A stretch of 64,000 nt of DNA from Lepidodermella squamata (GCA_047495785.1 JBLDXI010000031.1:1550001-1614000); one strand, 5' to 3'. Numbered from the stretch's first letter, positions 38,901-52,988 are shown. Notes: generated by a model from the sequence alone, not told the origin. Numbers and translations are program-made.

Positions 38901-39721
38901 ACTCATTTGAGCCCCCATTTGACCGCTGAATTGTTTGCTAACATTGTAAATGTTCCGAATATCCCGAAAAACTCCATTTATCGACAGAATGCATCCATAG
39001 CAGCAGCAAGTGAAAAACCGCGGTGACCCTCCAAAAAGTAACGGTAACTAAGTAGTATTTACTCTGCTTTACAAGAAAACAATGAGAGAAAGTGTTTTTG
39101 ACGGGTCATTTGAAGGCATAGACCTCCTTGAAGATGGTGATAATGAGATCTATGCTCTGAAAGACCGGCTGGCTGTTAGGGCAGACGTGCTAAAAATAAC
39201 CATCATCCTACAAAAACGGCTGTGGTAATCTTGTAGAGAATACATTACTGTACTTAGAAACACTGTTTCCGCAAGGTATAACCGCACTTAGGTGAAAGTT
39301 TCCGGGGTTAAACGCTTAAGATCTGCGAAAAACGGCATAAAAATGGCTTGTTTAGGCTTAGCGCATACGTCTAATTGAGCCATATTTAGAAAAAATGACG
39401 CCGGCTGCCTTATTAAATGCTTGAAATGCTATCAGAAAAATACTAACAAAGGTGTCGTCACCGTTGATAAAATGCGGAATTACGGGGATGAAGTTGCGCG
39501 CCGGGGAACTTGCGGTGCGCGGAGCGGCTACAACGCGAAAACGCGCGGCATCGCGCAGCACGCTTTTCCGTAGCAACAACATTTTTATTTAAAAAAAATT
39601 ATTAATATAATAAAATAAAAATATTTTTAAAAGGATATTTAATTTTGTGCATAAAAATTTGCGGTAGCACGCGATTTTTCAACGCGCGCGGCGGATGTTC
39701 GGTTTTAAAAAGAACACCCTG
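35958..39721. mobile_element. Tc1/mariner-type TIR element (no transposase ORF seen)
   Basis: 29-bp perfect TIR cagggtgttctttttaaaaccgaacatcc, TA TSD; empty site in copy E at ~55459. Confidence 0.9.
37990..39130. repeat. Three diverged ~370-bp tandem repeats inside the mariner-like element
   Basis: gcaacac..ctttttc recurs at ~38111, 38474 and 38844; ggtaactaag recurs at ~38302, 38674 and 39043. Confidence 0.75.
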
Positions 39722-41768
39722 TATGATTTCTCAGGAGGAACAGAAAGTGGCACAAGAAGCATAGTGTCGAGATCTATAAATATCGGCGATGTAACCAGTG
39801 CGATTCTGTTGAGTTTCGCATTGAGCAATGTTAGTTGAGCAGCATATTCTGTGAAGAGTTGGCCAAAGTGATCAACAATATTCCCATAATTTTAATTTGT
39901 TTGTATGCTACAGTATTAATGTGAAAAGGAACTTTTCAAAAATCATGACAGAACCTACCCCCTGGGCCAGGAACGCCGAACCTGCTGACATAGGTGTGCG
40001 TCACCGAGAGGTAGTAGTCACCCTGATAATAAACAAACGGAGTGCCACCGCGAAGGAACAAAGAACCGGTCTCAATCTCCTCACTACCAATAACAAACAT
40101 GCAGTTGACAAGCTCGGCTTCGTCATTGCGATGCGGCAAGAACTCGCACTCCATAACGCGCAAGTTGGGTAGGAATTCGTAGACCAAGCGCAAGCGACTA
40201 TTGAAAACCCAAGGAGACCAGTTTTTCGCCAAATAAGAAAGCTTCAGTTTTCGGCTAACTTTGACTGAGTAGAGTAAGTTCTCGTCCAAAGACCATAGAT
40301 ACGGACGCCTAATCATTCATGACAGAGTTAAATACATACATGCTTCACCTTAGGACTTCAAACATTCGACTCTCAACCAGCGAAAATCGACAGTATCAAT
40401 CAAGAGATCCAAGATCCCATTACCATTGGATATTATGTGATACCTAAGGTTTGTTCGGGGTTGGGGGCGAAGACAAAATAATAGGGAGGTCCAAAATAAA
40501 AGAGAGGCCCTGAATTATGGAGAGGGGTTTGTTTCCTTTGAAACAAATAGTAGGGAGCCCTTCATATTCCGGTATCTACGGTAAGTATGACGTATGAGCA
40601 ATATTTATATTTATCCGAACGAGGTATTGTTCCTTTCCATGGGCCTAGTGTGCGTGGAAAACCTTCCTGAAACCTGAGACATGCTGAAAACCGATTCCAG
40701 CAATAAAATGTTTCTTGAACGTTGGATAAAGCCCCCTCGAATAATTGCCCAATTTTTTTATATTTTTCGAGGAAAAAATAATAGCCATGACTATATTTCT
40801 ATAAAATACCGTAACTAACAAATGTGCTGCAATCTTACCGTATTAACGGCGCATCATGCTCATAGTAATGAGCAATCGTGGTAGCCAAGAAAACTGTGCC
40901 ATTGAGCTCAATGATCCGAGCATCCTCCGGCCCGGTTTCCTTCGGTTCTTCGTGCGGGCTAGGAATGCCGACAATGTATTGCGATTTTGGAAACGGGTGT
41001 AAATTCCTATCGAGCTTAATCACGTAAACATAACTGTCCTGGTATGAATTTAAGCTGTCATTGATGCGGTTCCACAGTCGAATAGCACATTGAAGCACAC
41101 CTTTGCTGGGCATGCAGGAGGCCTGCATCGGAAACGGCCCCTCGCCAGAGAGCCATTTTTCGGAAGCTCGCTCGTGATCGGCGAACATGTTCCGCACGTG
41201 ACTTGTGACCGTTTCCTTGAAATCGAATAGAATCGAAGTTGTAACATTGGCTGACGACTCGCTGATATCGCCACAAGTCTCTCGATTAACATGCGCACCG
41301 TTTAGAGTAAACTTGAAATGGCGGTCGCCTCTCGCCGAAATGACAAATGTTTTGAAAGCATTGAATGAGGAATAGGTTGGAAAATTGCTGTATTGCGTCT
41401 GTAAAAGCAGCAGTGAAAGGAATGCTGATACCACATAGAGAATTAATTTCTTCTCTTGGCGGCTACGGAATAACATTATTCTAGAAATATAGAAAATCGT
41501 GACAGATTATTCGCAAATCAGCTCTGAGCTAAGTACATTCAGTCAAGGATTTACAATTTACAAGCCAAATACTAGCCTCAGAAGATATCCAGAAGAATAC
41601 CAAACCATATAGAATACAAAGACACTGAGATTATTTATTCGAATTGATTGAAAATAGCAATTGAAAATTTTAGATATAGTAGTGGTCGCGTGGTATCACA
41701 AATAACACTACTATTGTTTTTAAACTTTTAAATAAACGAATGGAGAACATAAAAAATCGATAATCTTA

Positions 41769-42900
41769 AGTGGGGTTCACAAACTCGTGTGTAAAATGCA
41801 CATTCATGATTCATCGTTCATTTTTTCTGCGAAAAAATCATCTCTTGCAAAAAACGTTCAAGAAGCCATTTGAATCATGAACGATGAACGAAACCCTTTC
41901 ACAAATTATTTGTCATAATTCATGATTCAAATAGCGATTTTTTTGTGTGTGCGACTGCGTCGATCGAAAAAAACGAAGCCGCCACTGAGCACAGAACCCA
42001 TGATGTTGGTTTCGCTACTATACTATACTACTAGCACCACTAGAACCACTATACTACTAGCGAGCTTCGGTGATTGCGGGCGTTTCTGTCATTATCTTCC
42101 ATTTTTTGCTAATGGCTTGCAGTCTCAGAACTGCAGAACTAGCGTTAATTCAATTTTCGAATTCTTCTCAACAACATTGCCCGCTTCAAAGCTAGCCATT
42201 CGGATTCGAAGCTATGGCTGATATCATTATCGCCAAAAATAACTGAAACAGCAAGTTTGAAGCCCAAGGATTGAAGCCCCGATTAATATTTCAGAAAATG
42301 TTATTATAAGTGTCGACTAATTAATCGGCCCAATTAGAGTGCTCTAGCCAAAGATAAAGGTCAAAGGATTTTAATTTCTTGAAATGGGTTTTGAAAATAA
42401 TTGAACTGTTAATGCATTTTTCCCAATAGCTCAGAATATCTAAGTCAACAGCGAGAATAGGAGATGATGACATAAACGCCTGAATTAACACAAGCTCACT
42501 GGTGGCATAGTGGGTTAAGCTCGAACTATCATGCTAAGTGTCGTGAGTTCTGTGCCTTGCGGCCGCATTCAGGGTGCGAAGTATAGGGGTGCTGGGGTGT
42601 CGCGACACCCCAGCTCCGGGACTCCAACCAGAGGGAGGCTGAACAAAACCACAGGGGGGACCCTTTGGTTTCTTCGGCTGGGTCCTAGAAAACAAACAGA
42701 AAACACCTCAGCTCCCGGATCCTACTTCGCACCTTTTTTGACCGCATATAAAAAGAAAAAATTGGCTAAGCAGCTATATGAATCATGAATTATGAAAAAT
42801 AATTTGTGAAAGAGTTTCGTTCATCGTTCATGATTCAAGTGAGCCTGCAAAAAATCTTTTACATCATTCATAAGGAAAACACGAGTTTGTGAATCGCCCT
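41769..42900. mobile_element. PIF/Harbinger-like non-autonomous element
   Basis: TIR ag..g..ttcacaaactcgtgt, TTA TSD; empty site at ~58108. Confidence 0.75.
42500..42760 (+). mobile_element. tRNA-derived SINE-like head followed by a small hAT-like MITE (~42570-42740)
   Basis: A-box-like GGTGGCATAGTGG and degraded B box; inner inverted repeat ggtgcgaagta with imperfect 8-bp TSD. Confidence 0.4.
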
Positions 42901-43275
42901 TTACTGCGTGTTGGAAACAATAATCTGGCGTACACATTTTGTTTACTAGTCCACGAGAAATGTAATTTTGATCCCTAAATACTGAGGTCTGAGGTGAAAA
43001 GAGTGATTTGAATTGTAACATCGAATTGTAACATGTCATAGGACAAGCAGTCGGATTTATCCATGAGACGTACCAGGACGCAGCGCCTCGATTTAGATGC
43101 CTGATTTTTGTGTTATTTTTTAATAAGGTCCAAAGGTCATCGTGGCTGAAAATAACCTCATTAGCAGTGATCGTTATTTTCCTTCTGCGACCAGCAAAAA
43201 ATCTCATTCATGAAAATGACGCATTTACGCAAAGATCAGTTTTTTGCAGTGGCCTGAAGATCTCGATCTTAAAGA

Positions 43276-46064
43276 ATGCGTCTCCAGATGCGAGCCTTGC
43301 TGCGTCGGCTTAAAAACAAAGCTCCCGGTCACGATAATGTCCTGAATGTCCTCATAAAAAACGGTGGCCCCACGTTTCGGAGTCATCTGAAGTTCATCTT
43401 TGAGCTATGCCTTGCCACTGGCTACATGCCCGCCGGTTGGAAAATCGCGATCGTCGTGCCCGTACTAAAGGAAGGAAAAGATAGCCGTTTGGCGGATTCA
43501 TACCGCCCAATCTCTTTACTACCAGCCTTCAGCAAGTTACTGGAGCTACTAGTCACCCTGTTGCTGCTGGAATACCTCGACCAAAAGCGTCTGCTACCCG
43601 ATCATCAATACGGTTTTCGCCGCCTACGTGGTGCTGTGGACCCGCTGTTTCGCCTAATTAGCGACGCAGCCCTGGCTATGGCCAACCATAGCAAGCTGAT
43701 AGCCGTATTTCTAGATTTCCGTGCCGCTTTCGATACCGTTTGGCACGCCGCCTTGTTGCAGAAGCTCAAGGATTCTGGGGCCCCCGAGCCAATTGTGCGC
43801 TGGGTGGCGAACTTCCTCAGCGACAGAAGTTTTCAAGTTCGGGTCGGCGACGACCTAAGCGAGCCCCAGGAAATCAAATGCGGTGTCCCTCAGGGAAGCC
43901 CTTTGAGCCCGCTTCTTTTCATATTTTACTGCGCAGATATGCAGCCCCTGAGAGTAAACCCCGACGACGGTCGAAAAATCGTGGGCACCGGCACTTATGC
44001 CGATGACGCTGCAAACTGGGCTTGGGGGCCCCATTATGAGCAATGTGTTTCGCGGCTTCAGTCTCGCTTACGTTCGACAGAAACCTGGTGTGCTAGATGG
44101 CGACTTGACCTCAACCCGACAAAGTGTGAGTGTATTATAATCGGTCATCATGGCGCCTCCTCCCCCTCCGTCCTATTGTCTATTGGTGGTGTGAAAGAGG
44201 TTAAGTACCTCGGAATGGTGCGTTCCCATCTCCCCGAAAACGGATTAGCTGAAATAATTTCCCCGAAATTGCTGTGTGACCGAAAACACGTTTCCCCGAA
44301 AAGCAAGTTTCCCCGAAAACGCGCCTGAGCAAGCTAAAACTCACTTCTTTGTACAAAGTGAACACTTGGCCGTGTTTACATTAATTTTCGTTAAATGTTA
44401 TTTACGCTGTTACTAGCTCAAATTATGGGTCCAAAGGTCACTCGCAAAACCTGCGTCAAATTTAGGCTTGTTTTGCAGATTTTCTAGAAAATCAAGGTGA
44501 GCTCATAAATTAAGGAAAAAATGCAGGTAGCCGTGTGATACACATATGAAGCCCCAGGATTATACCTGGAATTTTCCGAGCTCACCTTGATTTTTAACAA
44601 ATTTAGGAGTATTGCTTTGATTGTTGACCCTAATCTTGAATGTTGAACGAGCTACCTTCACTGAAAAATTTCAAACCAATCACATACTAATATTCTTGTA
44701 TTATTACTATTGGCAATATAAATTGATATCTTTATTAACGCTCAAAATCATGATTATTAAAGTTATTCAAGTTCCCTTGCTAATTTCGGGTAAGTAAACG
44801 ACGCAGATGTCAACTTCCCGGGTTCTGGGTCCCGGGTCAATCTGGGGTTCGAGCGGCGGGAGAGGTGAATCGCCTTGAGAAGCTTGAGACAGTTCAAGAC
44901 CACCCTGCGCGCCGATAATCGGCGACATCGTTGAAGACAAACTGCCTCTTCAACATTAAGTTCGCGCTTCTTAGCTGGTTTAACCATCGTTAAGGTCTTT
45001 GCGGGCGCTGTTAAATAATAATAAGCTAATATAAACGCGTTACACAGCTACAATTACCGGGCAAATGCGGCGTAATAGCGGTTGAGTTGCAGCCACACGC
45101 TTCTTAGACGTCGCAGGCTTGCGCCCTTTGGGTTGTAGCAAGGTAAGGCTCACCAAAGGAGACTGATTTTTCGACCTTTACGTCTTCGTGTTAGTCAAAA
45201 CTTGCATAGTATCAAATTATTAACTGATCTCAAATGACGATGTAGTAAGTAAGTGGCGAGTTATAGAGCGCGTCGCGCCGTCTGTTAGCATTTCAGATTT
45301 AAACCGATAGTCTGTAAGGACAAGCCATGTGTCATCGCTGTTTCCGGAAAAAGCTACTCAACCACTGTTTCAACACAACTCAGTCGCGCTCACTGTTTTC
45401 GGGGAAACTGTTTCGGGTTAACTCTTTTGGGGGAAAATATTTCAGCTAATCCGTTTTCGGGGAAAATTTTTCGGGGGCACGGGAATAAATCCTCGGAATC
45501 ACATTGACTTCGAAACTCTCGTGGGAGAGTCATCTTGATCGGCTATCAGCGAAAATCAAACCCCGAGCTGCATGCTTACGCGGCATCGCCGCACGAAAAG
45601 TTATCCCTAGTGACCTCTGCGTTCGTTTTAACAAAGTCCTCATCGAAATTGTCCTTACCTACGGGTCACCAGCCTGGTATTGTCTACCCAAGTCTTCCGA
45701 GCTACGTCTGTTCGGCTTCCAGGCCCACGGCTTGAAAACTGCATTGGATCTGCCTATCGAGTGCGACCCTTTCGGTGTTGTCGTCGAAGCTGGCGTGGAA
45801 GCAATCAGCGACGTATTTAAGCATCAACTGATGCGGTACGCCATCAGGTGCCTCAACGCAAATGACGGGATGAAGGATTACATATCCTACCTACCTACCT
45901 ACCTACCTACCTACATATCCTACATATCCATTGCCAGCTTCCAGCCTGACGCCTTCGGCCTCCGAATGCTGGAGAAGCACTGTCCAGCATGGCACTTGCG
46001 TGACTGCATTAGTGCCCCGGCTAAGCCCTGCCGCCTCATCACCGACATTTTCCCTAAAAACTAA
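43276..46064 (+). mobile_element. 5'-truncated LINE (Jockey/I-group-like) ORF2 reverse transcriptase, split by an insertion
   Basis: KAPGHD, YRPISLL, QYGFR, LDFRAAFDTVWH, GVPQGSPLSPLLF, YADD; KYLG|ITLTSKLSW is restored by removing 44217-45499. Confidence 0.92.
44217..45490. mobile_element. TIR element (Mutator-like) inserted in the LINE RT
   Basis: 8-9-bp TSD (c)ctcggaat; long imperfect TIRs built from ttccccgaaa repeats. Confidence 0.75.
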
Positions 46065-46669
46065 TGTGAGCCTGTGGTTTCCTGTATTCCTTTAGGTGCC
46101 CTTGCGATCCTCGCCCTTCTGAGCCCCTCTCGAGCCAGCCCGATTAATATGTAAGCTTACCGTTTAATGAATTGATCTCTGCCTTGCCTTAGAGAGCCCT
46201 GAGCCTGAGTCTGAGTCGTCATGAGCCTGACCTTGAGCCTTGAGCCTTTCGGAACCTGAGCCTTGTCTGATGAGCTGGAATAGCCCTGCCTGTAAGCCCT
46301 TAATTATTGCCGTTAACCACCTTCGATAATGTTCAGCCCTACTCAATTGGCGCAACGAGCCCGAACCCTCGATCGACTTTTCTACCTTTCTACAAAAACG
46401 CACAAAAAAGCCAACAAAAATCGACAAAAACTAAAATACAAAAATAAAATAATAACATAAAACTCGAAATTATGAACTGCCTATGATAATGTTCAATTTA
46501 TAAATGCTACGAGCCCTAGATAGCATGGGGGCAATATATTTTCATGCTCTAATGTCATTCATATGTGCCTATAGCGCCGGCCGGCGGAGGGCCTATATAA
46601 ATAAAACTACGACATGCTAAAGAAAACGGCTGGTCGCAAAATGATCAGTTATTTTGTTTTCAATTTTAA

Positions 46670-47250
46670 CCCTCTAAGGCCGGGAACGTGTATACTCAAA
46701 CTACGACTTCTCTCCTTAAATTCTCATACTTTCCGAATTTTGCCGGACTAACGGTTTGGCACAGTTTTAGATAACCATCTGGGCTTCTCAATTCCGAAAA
46801 CCGCATACTCACCGCGTTAATTGCGTAACACAGGTGAGCGCGCAAATCACGCGGTCGTATGCCTTCTGTGTATACTCAATCGGGAATTTAAGCCATTTGA
46901 CTCGATGGGTGCCAGCAAGATTCACTCAGTTTGATTTAAAAAGTTCAAACTAGTGCCAATACAGGTTTCTACTGACGTCCATCATAAATTGGGCGAAAAA
47001 CATAAGTTTGTTGCTTGTTTTAAGATGAAAAATCCCACTTTTTATCGAAATGGGCAATAATCAGATTTGAACAGGTGTTAAGCAACACAGGATTGCGTAA
47101 TACGGTCAGTTCATTGGTAAAAGGTCTCAGATGGATGAGAAGACCATTCGTGAAAAGTTTGGTCAGGTGGCTGCTCCTCATTCTCAAGATACAAGATTTT
47201 TTTCATTTGAGTATACTCAAGTATACTAGGTAGCTGCCGGCCTTAGAGGG
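46670..47250. mobile_element. piggyBac-type MITE
   Basis: TIR ccctctaaggccgg with TTAA TSD on both sides. Confidence 0.85.
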
Positions 47251-49248
47251 TTAATTTTTATTATCGATGGACAATTTATTTTATATTTAAAAAAGAATTT
47301 GACATCGAAAGTAATCATTATGCACACTTTTGCTAAACACGTCACGTGATTTTCTACGCAAACCCGGATAACGGGAGCTTCGAAGCCGCTGCGTCCTGGT
47401 ACGTCTCATGGATTTATCTGCCATATGTGTTTTTTCCAATAAAACATGAGTTTCTTCTACTTCAAGCAAACTTCTTTTTAATTAGTACGAATTTTAACAC
47501 TTTAACTGCCCAAATTACGGCAAACGTACCGTTGCGGTCGTAACTAAGTATCGGTATTTCGTATCGACACTAAGTTTCGTTATTTTGTACCGACATTTTT
47601 GCGGTTAGAAAATGCCGGTACTTTGTCACGTCATTGCCGGTATTTAATACCGAATCGAGATTAAAAACTAAAGCACGGGGCACTTATAACAACCGCAAAC
47701 CAAATCATTGATGGGATTTTCAAGCTTCCGACTGAGAAATGGTTTCGGAAACCAAATTAGTGCGCGAATAAACACTGGTTTTGAACAAAACAATATACTA
47801 AATGGAGATAATTATGCTATAATGCGCCTAGTTGAGATGAAATAACCGCAGATCCTTATACATCCATATACACATGGAATATCTTCTTTCGAATTTATAA
47901 TGTTTCGATTGATTTTGCTTTACGACTTTTATTTTACGAGAGGGAAAAAGTCAGATTCGAGCTCCTAAATAACAAGTGATCTACACGGACTCCTTTTTAT
48001 TCTGATCATGAATATTGGGTTACGAATATATCACAACTTCAAAAACAGGTTTTAAGTTGAACATTGATATCTTTAGGCATAGAGCCGCTTCTGGAACAGA
48101 GTCTTATCTCATTTTCGACGAAGCTATAAGCTTGAGTAACCGTAAGTTATCGTTTTAACATTAGGCAGGGGCGTACCTTAAATTAGTATGAATTCAGAGT
48201 GAAGAATGTAATTTTTCGACCAAGAAGCGATAAAGAAAGCTCTAACCGCAGACTTTTTGTTGCAGGACCGATTTTGATTAAGCGCCCCTTTGATCACGGC
48301 TTTGCTATTAGCTGCATTTTTCAAGAGCGGGATGCGGGAACTGGTTCAAAATGAGTGTATCAACGGCTACACCAAAGCTTGGCAGTGTTCCAAACAGGTG
48401 TCCCAAGAAGGTAAACCGAGTCAAAACATTGAAGCCAGAGAAGCCGGGAATGGTTTATCTTTTATCTGGTATGCGCGGCGTTGTTCCTGGCACCATTCCA
48501 AGTCAGCTCCCTAGCGAAAGGCCCCGCTATTAATAGAGCGATACTACCTCCAAGTTATCCTGATATTTTCTGAAGCTAAATGCAGTCGGTTGCGCTGTGT
48601 GATTTAGAGAAAGCTGTTATATTGCTCTCCCGGTAGAACTGTCCATTCACGGTCCGGCCCGTCTTCCACAGCTCACAAGTTCGGAGTGGATCCGAAGTAG
48701 CCAACCTGTTGCCAAGTCAGGTTTTCCCTCAAAAAACTGGTTTTCCGAAAAAACCAGCCAGCAGAAAATGAGCGAATCTCACGCCGACTTTTAATGAAGG
48801 GCTATGGTATACGATGGTCTGATAAAATACCAGCATCATCCACGAAAATCTAAAAAGATTTCAATAAAACTAAACCAAATTCGTTAGCGCTCGAAGTAAA
48901 AAAGTGGTACGGTAGTACTCTTATGTGTGCGTAGTATATTCATGAACAGAACGCGCGCTTTGGCGCAGCGCATAATAGCATAAATGTTACCGCGCGCAAT
49001 ATAATATAATAAAAGTATGGTCAATCAAAGGCAGTTATTATGCCGCAATACCGACATGCAGAACCACGCTGGAGCTCCATAGCTGAGGACACATCTATTA
49101 TAACACCTTTCTACGAGCAATCCCGTGACGGCTAGCAGCTCGTAATCGTAAACTCGTATCATGAAACATTGATCAGATCTTTATTTCACCGAATGAATAA
49201 ACAATAAATAGCACAAATAACCATCTTTCTCACACATCGATGGCTTAT

Positions 49249-51572
49249 CTAGTTCGTTCCGAAGTAATTTCCCACGAACGTGTCGTTGCAATCGAACACA
49301 AATGAAATGGCTTGAATGAAAACATTGTAATCGTTATTTGGGTTACGTATTGTCACGTCCACGCTCTGAACATCTAGCGGAGATCCGTCACACGGTATGG
49401 TCAGACTCGAACTTTCAGCGATGTCAACTGGCACCGGCCGATGTTCATTCTCGAAAAGAAGCTGAAGACTGTCGTAGGGCGCCTTGTGGACAACTCCGTT
49501 CGATAGTGTAAATTTGGCATCGATGGACAAGTGACCTCGCTTTCCAATCTGTTTAAGTTCGTGCGATATTGCTAGCCGTGGCAATTTGCATAACATGGGG
49601 CCACAAACCACAGATTTGTGTGTTAAATTGTCGAACTTCAAATTCATCGATGAGTTCTGGACAGCAGCAAGCTTGAAAAGCTCGAAATAGTCATTCTTTT
49701 TATTGTGCGGATCGTTGAAGACGGACTTATCGCTGGACAAAATTGCGTCTTCCAATCTGGTGCTGCGCACTCCTCCTGGGGTAACAAATGATCCGAAGCA
49801 TTCGGATTCCGCTGCTTGGCTAGGTAGACTTTGTTTCAGAGGCGTGCTGCCAGCTTCGATGAGTTGTTGCACCGCTCTTCGCATTGATTCGATGATAAAT
49901 TCCGACACCATCAAATGCGCTTGATCACTGGCGTGGCCATGGTCCCGCTGCGATATGTAAATTCCTGAGAAAATAAACAATATAGATACAAAACTTGAGG
50001 GGAATGGAATAGCGCGAATCAAAATTATTCATATACACGTTGCTTAATTAGTTAAAGTAGGGTCTAAATATTTGCACCACTAAAGTGAGGTTTTAGAGCT
50101 TAAGTTTAGCGTCCAGGCTCCAGGCTTTAACTCTTTCGACTCTTCGGGAACACAACGGTCCCCTAAGCTACGCCTATAAGTATATCGGGATTTCGAAAGC
50201 AAATTCACATCATGTTTCGGGCCCTCATCAAAATCGAAGAAGGCGAATCGAACTCTGGGCAGCACCCGTTCGATCCTGCGCGAACGATCATCAAACGAAA
50301 TCAGTGAGTCACTTAAGAGCGGCGGAGACGTTGGATAAACATGTAACATCTGCGGCGAGGCGCCTCGGAATCCCATACTGCTAATAATAGAAATTTACCA
50401 TTTGCTAACTGTTCATAACAATTTGCAATAAAAATGAGTTGTATGAGTATGAGTATGAGCTCTATTAGGAAATGCCGTATTTCAACGAATGGATTAAGAA
50501 AAAGGCCGGTCTTTCGACATATGATTTCGCCGTCGCACTTTAAAGATGCGAGCATCATTTACAACGATAGTTAAGTTTAGTTTTTCTGACAAACAAGTAT
50601 ACCGATTTTGAAACGTTCTATGAGCTCAACATTTCTACTTTTGGCTAATCTGACGGGTTAATTGGTGGTTAATTCCTGATACTTACCTTTCAAATCGGCC
50701 AAATAGCGCTTTGCAATGAGTTCATCGCAGAAAAAGCTCGTCGATCGCACTGTGGTAACATTAGCCGCCCTCGCGAGACGAAAATGAGTGCTCCGCTCAG
50801 GATCCCCGACATCGGAGCAATCAATTAATCCCTCCATCAAAGGCTTGATCGGGAGGAAATCAATATCGATGATGTGGGCGTTCGGCTGCGCAAGAGCTAG
50901 TTTCTTCAGCATCTCGGAATAGCCCTTTTCGAATCGGCCGTCGTCATTTAGCGCATTATCAAGCAGGATCAAATCGACAGAATCGCGGTTCGGAAGCAAT
51001 TCGTCGATGCAAAAAGCAAAGAATATGCTTGGAGTGCCACCGACGGCCAAATTATCGCAAACGACTTCGAAACCGTAAGGTGTAAATGCTGATTTGAGCC
51101 AGTTGCAAACCCTAAGCACGTAGCCTTTCTCCTGTACACAATTTCCAAGTTTTAACAGAAAAATCACAACATCTGACGATTGGCTTACCGGGTCTACAGC
51201 ACGAGGTACCGACGTTGAGCCGCCTAGAACCGCAACAGTGAAAATGCGTTTTTCAGGACTAGCTAGCCAACGATGCTTTGCGGGATCGAATAGTCGTAGA
51301 AGGGCCTCCTGAAGTTTCGTCTGGTCACCGAAATGAGCGATACCGCTGGCATAGAAAGGCTTGTAGATCGAGCTGTACGGATGCGTTTCAAGGTGACGGA
51401 GGAAATATAATGTATCGCTATCGAAGCTTGATGGGTGAGATGGGCGACGCAATTCCATACCTCGTGTCTTTTTCCATGGCAAATTGGCACAGTAATCAAA
51501 GTAGCAAAGCAAAAAACAGGCAGCTGAAAAAACAACGAAGGCGAGTGCTGTAGAAGATTTAAAGAACTGCAT
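49249..51572 (-). CDS. Membrane-anchored SGNH-fold esterase/acyltransferase copy 2 (3 exons)
   Basis: VAVLGGSTS, NLAVGG, DNALND, RDHGH; paralogue of 29413-31262 with the same intron positions. Confidence 0.8.
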
Positions 51573-52988
51573 CGAATCTTTCGATAGTATGATGGAAAGT
51601 TCGCTATCGGAAAGAATCGGAAAGAAAGTATTGGTGAATTTCGAGTTATCAGAGTCTTTGGCGCGCGATCATTAAGCGGCGGATTTATATATGTCGTAGC
51701 CTAATAAGCAATTTAGTTGGATTGGGAATCCAACTAGTTGAGGAGCTAGTATATAAAACAATCAAACATAATTATTGCGCAAAACCTCCCTGGAGTGAGG
51801 TGTTTAATGTTAAACAACCAACTACCAACTCGATTGATAGCGGGACGACTCCAAAACTGCCGAAAAATAATAGAAGGAAGCCAAAACAGCCAAACAATTC
51901 AGTCATTTGTTATGGAGTAGTCCCATTTTTTCTTAGCAATTTCGTTCATTCAAAAATTGTTTAATGCTAAGCCATGGTAACATCGGTATCGGCCACCCTG
52001 GAATGCCAATTTCCCTCCACGAAATTGTACCGAATGAACAAATTATTAGGCGGCATATCAGCTGGTAAAGTGCGACTTTGCCCCTTATTTAGTCTTCATA
52101 TAAATTTATTTTCAATTTATAGCATTGTTAGCTCAATTTTCATATTTCATATTTTCACACCATTTTCAGAAACCACCTGGGTGCCGCAGACAAAAATTAC
52201 CGTCAATCGAAAATTAAGGTTGGGGAAAAATAGCACTAAATCGGGATAAAATTCTAGTTAGGAGGTCAATAATATTTTGCATATTTTACAGAATTCTATA
52301 ATAAGCAGATTTGGGCTGGGGGCTGGGGTTGCAATTTTGGCGGGGGCCGTTTAGCCAGCTGGGGTTGGCGATGCGTTGCTGGCTTTTCATGACTCAACGC
52401 GATATGAGCATTCTCCCCTGAGATACCGTTGTCAATTATTGGTATTGAATTGGTTAATATCATTTTCAGGCTAATCTCCCGGAATCTAGGACCAGTTCGA
52501 TAGAAAGAAAATAATGAATAATCCGAAATATTGAATCCCGTGAAAAAAATCGGTTGAACTGGTGGTGGACTGGTTTGGCAATTGAACATGTTTGAGAATT
52601 GTTGACCTTACTTGAAACTACTATCACGTCTCACGTCCCGAAAGCGAATATTTATAGAGGTGTCGCCTGAGGCGATGATCGCCTTCCTCCATTCATGATT
52701 TCAATTTCTTGAAGAATCTGGCGTGACGTTTTACTTAACTTGGCATTTGAAAGTGAGCGCAGTATCCTTTATTCTCATTATCGCACAAACACTGCCGATG
52801 CGGTAAAAGATAAAAGATGAATGAACTGGTACTTACTCTCGATGTTTAAAATGTTACTACATTATTAGCGTTCGACTCGTGCCTCGTGAATAAAAAAATA
52901 CAATTTAATGAGATCGAAAATCCTCACTTTTTATTCGTGACTCATTTTTCAAACCTTTATCTAAAAAAGGTTGTAGGTTGTAACAACA

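Larger units (their letters stand above)
35630..41476 (-). pseudogene. Bmt/GT91-like copy D; exon 3 interrupted by a 3.8-kb transposon
   Basis: Exons 41476-40839, 40308-39959, 39848-35834 (split), 35769-35630; closely similar to copy E. Confidence 0.8.
43062..47410. mobile_element. P-element-like (or hAT) TIR element hosting nested insertions
   Basis: 24-bp perfect TIR catgagacgtaccaggacgcagcg, 8-bp TSD gatttatc; empty site at ~58262. Confidence 0.85.

Noticed and set aside
37919-39026. Two similar ORFs (141 and 92 aa) within the 370-bp repeats
   Set aside because: The frames are not preserved across all units and no domain is recognisable
45886-45928. YLPTYLPTY repeat in the LINE ORF
   Set aside because: (CCTA)n microsatellite expansion, not a protein motif
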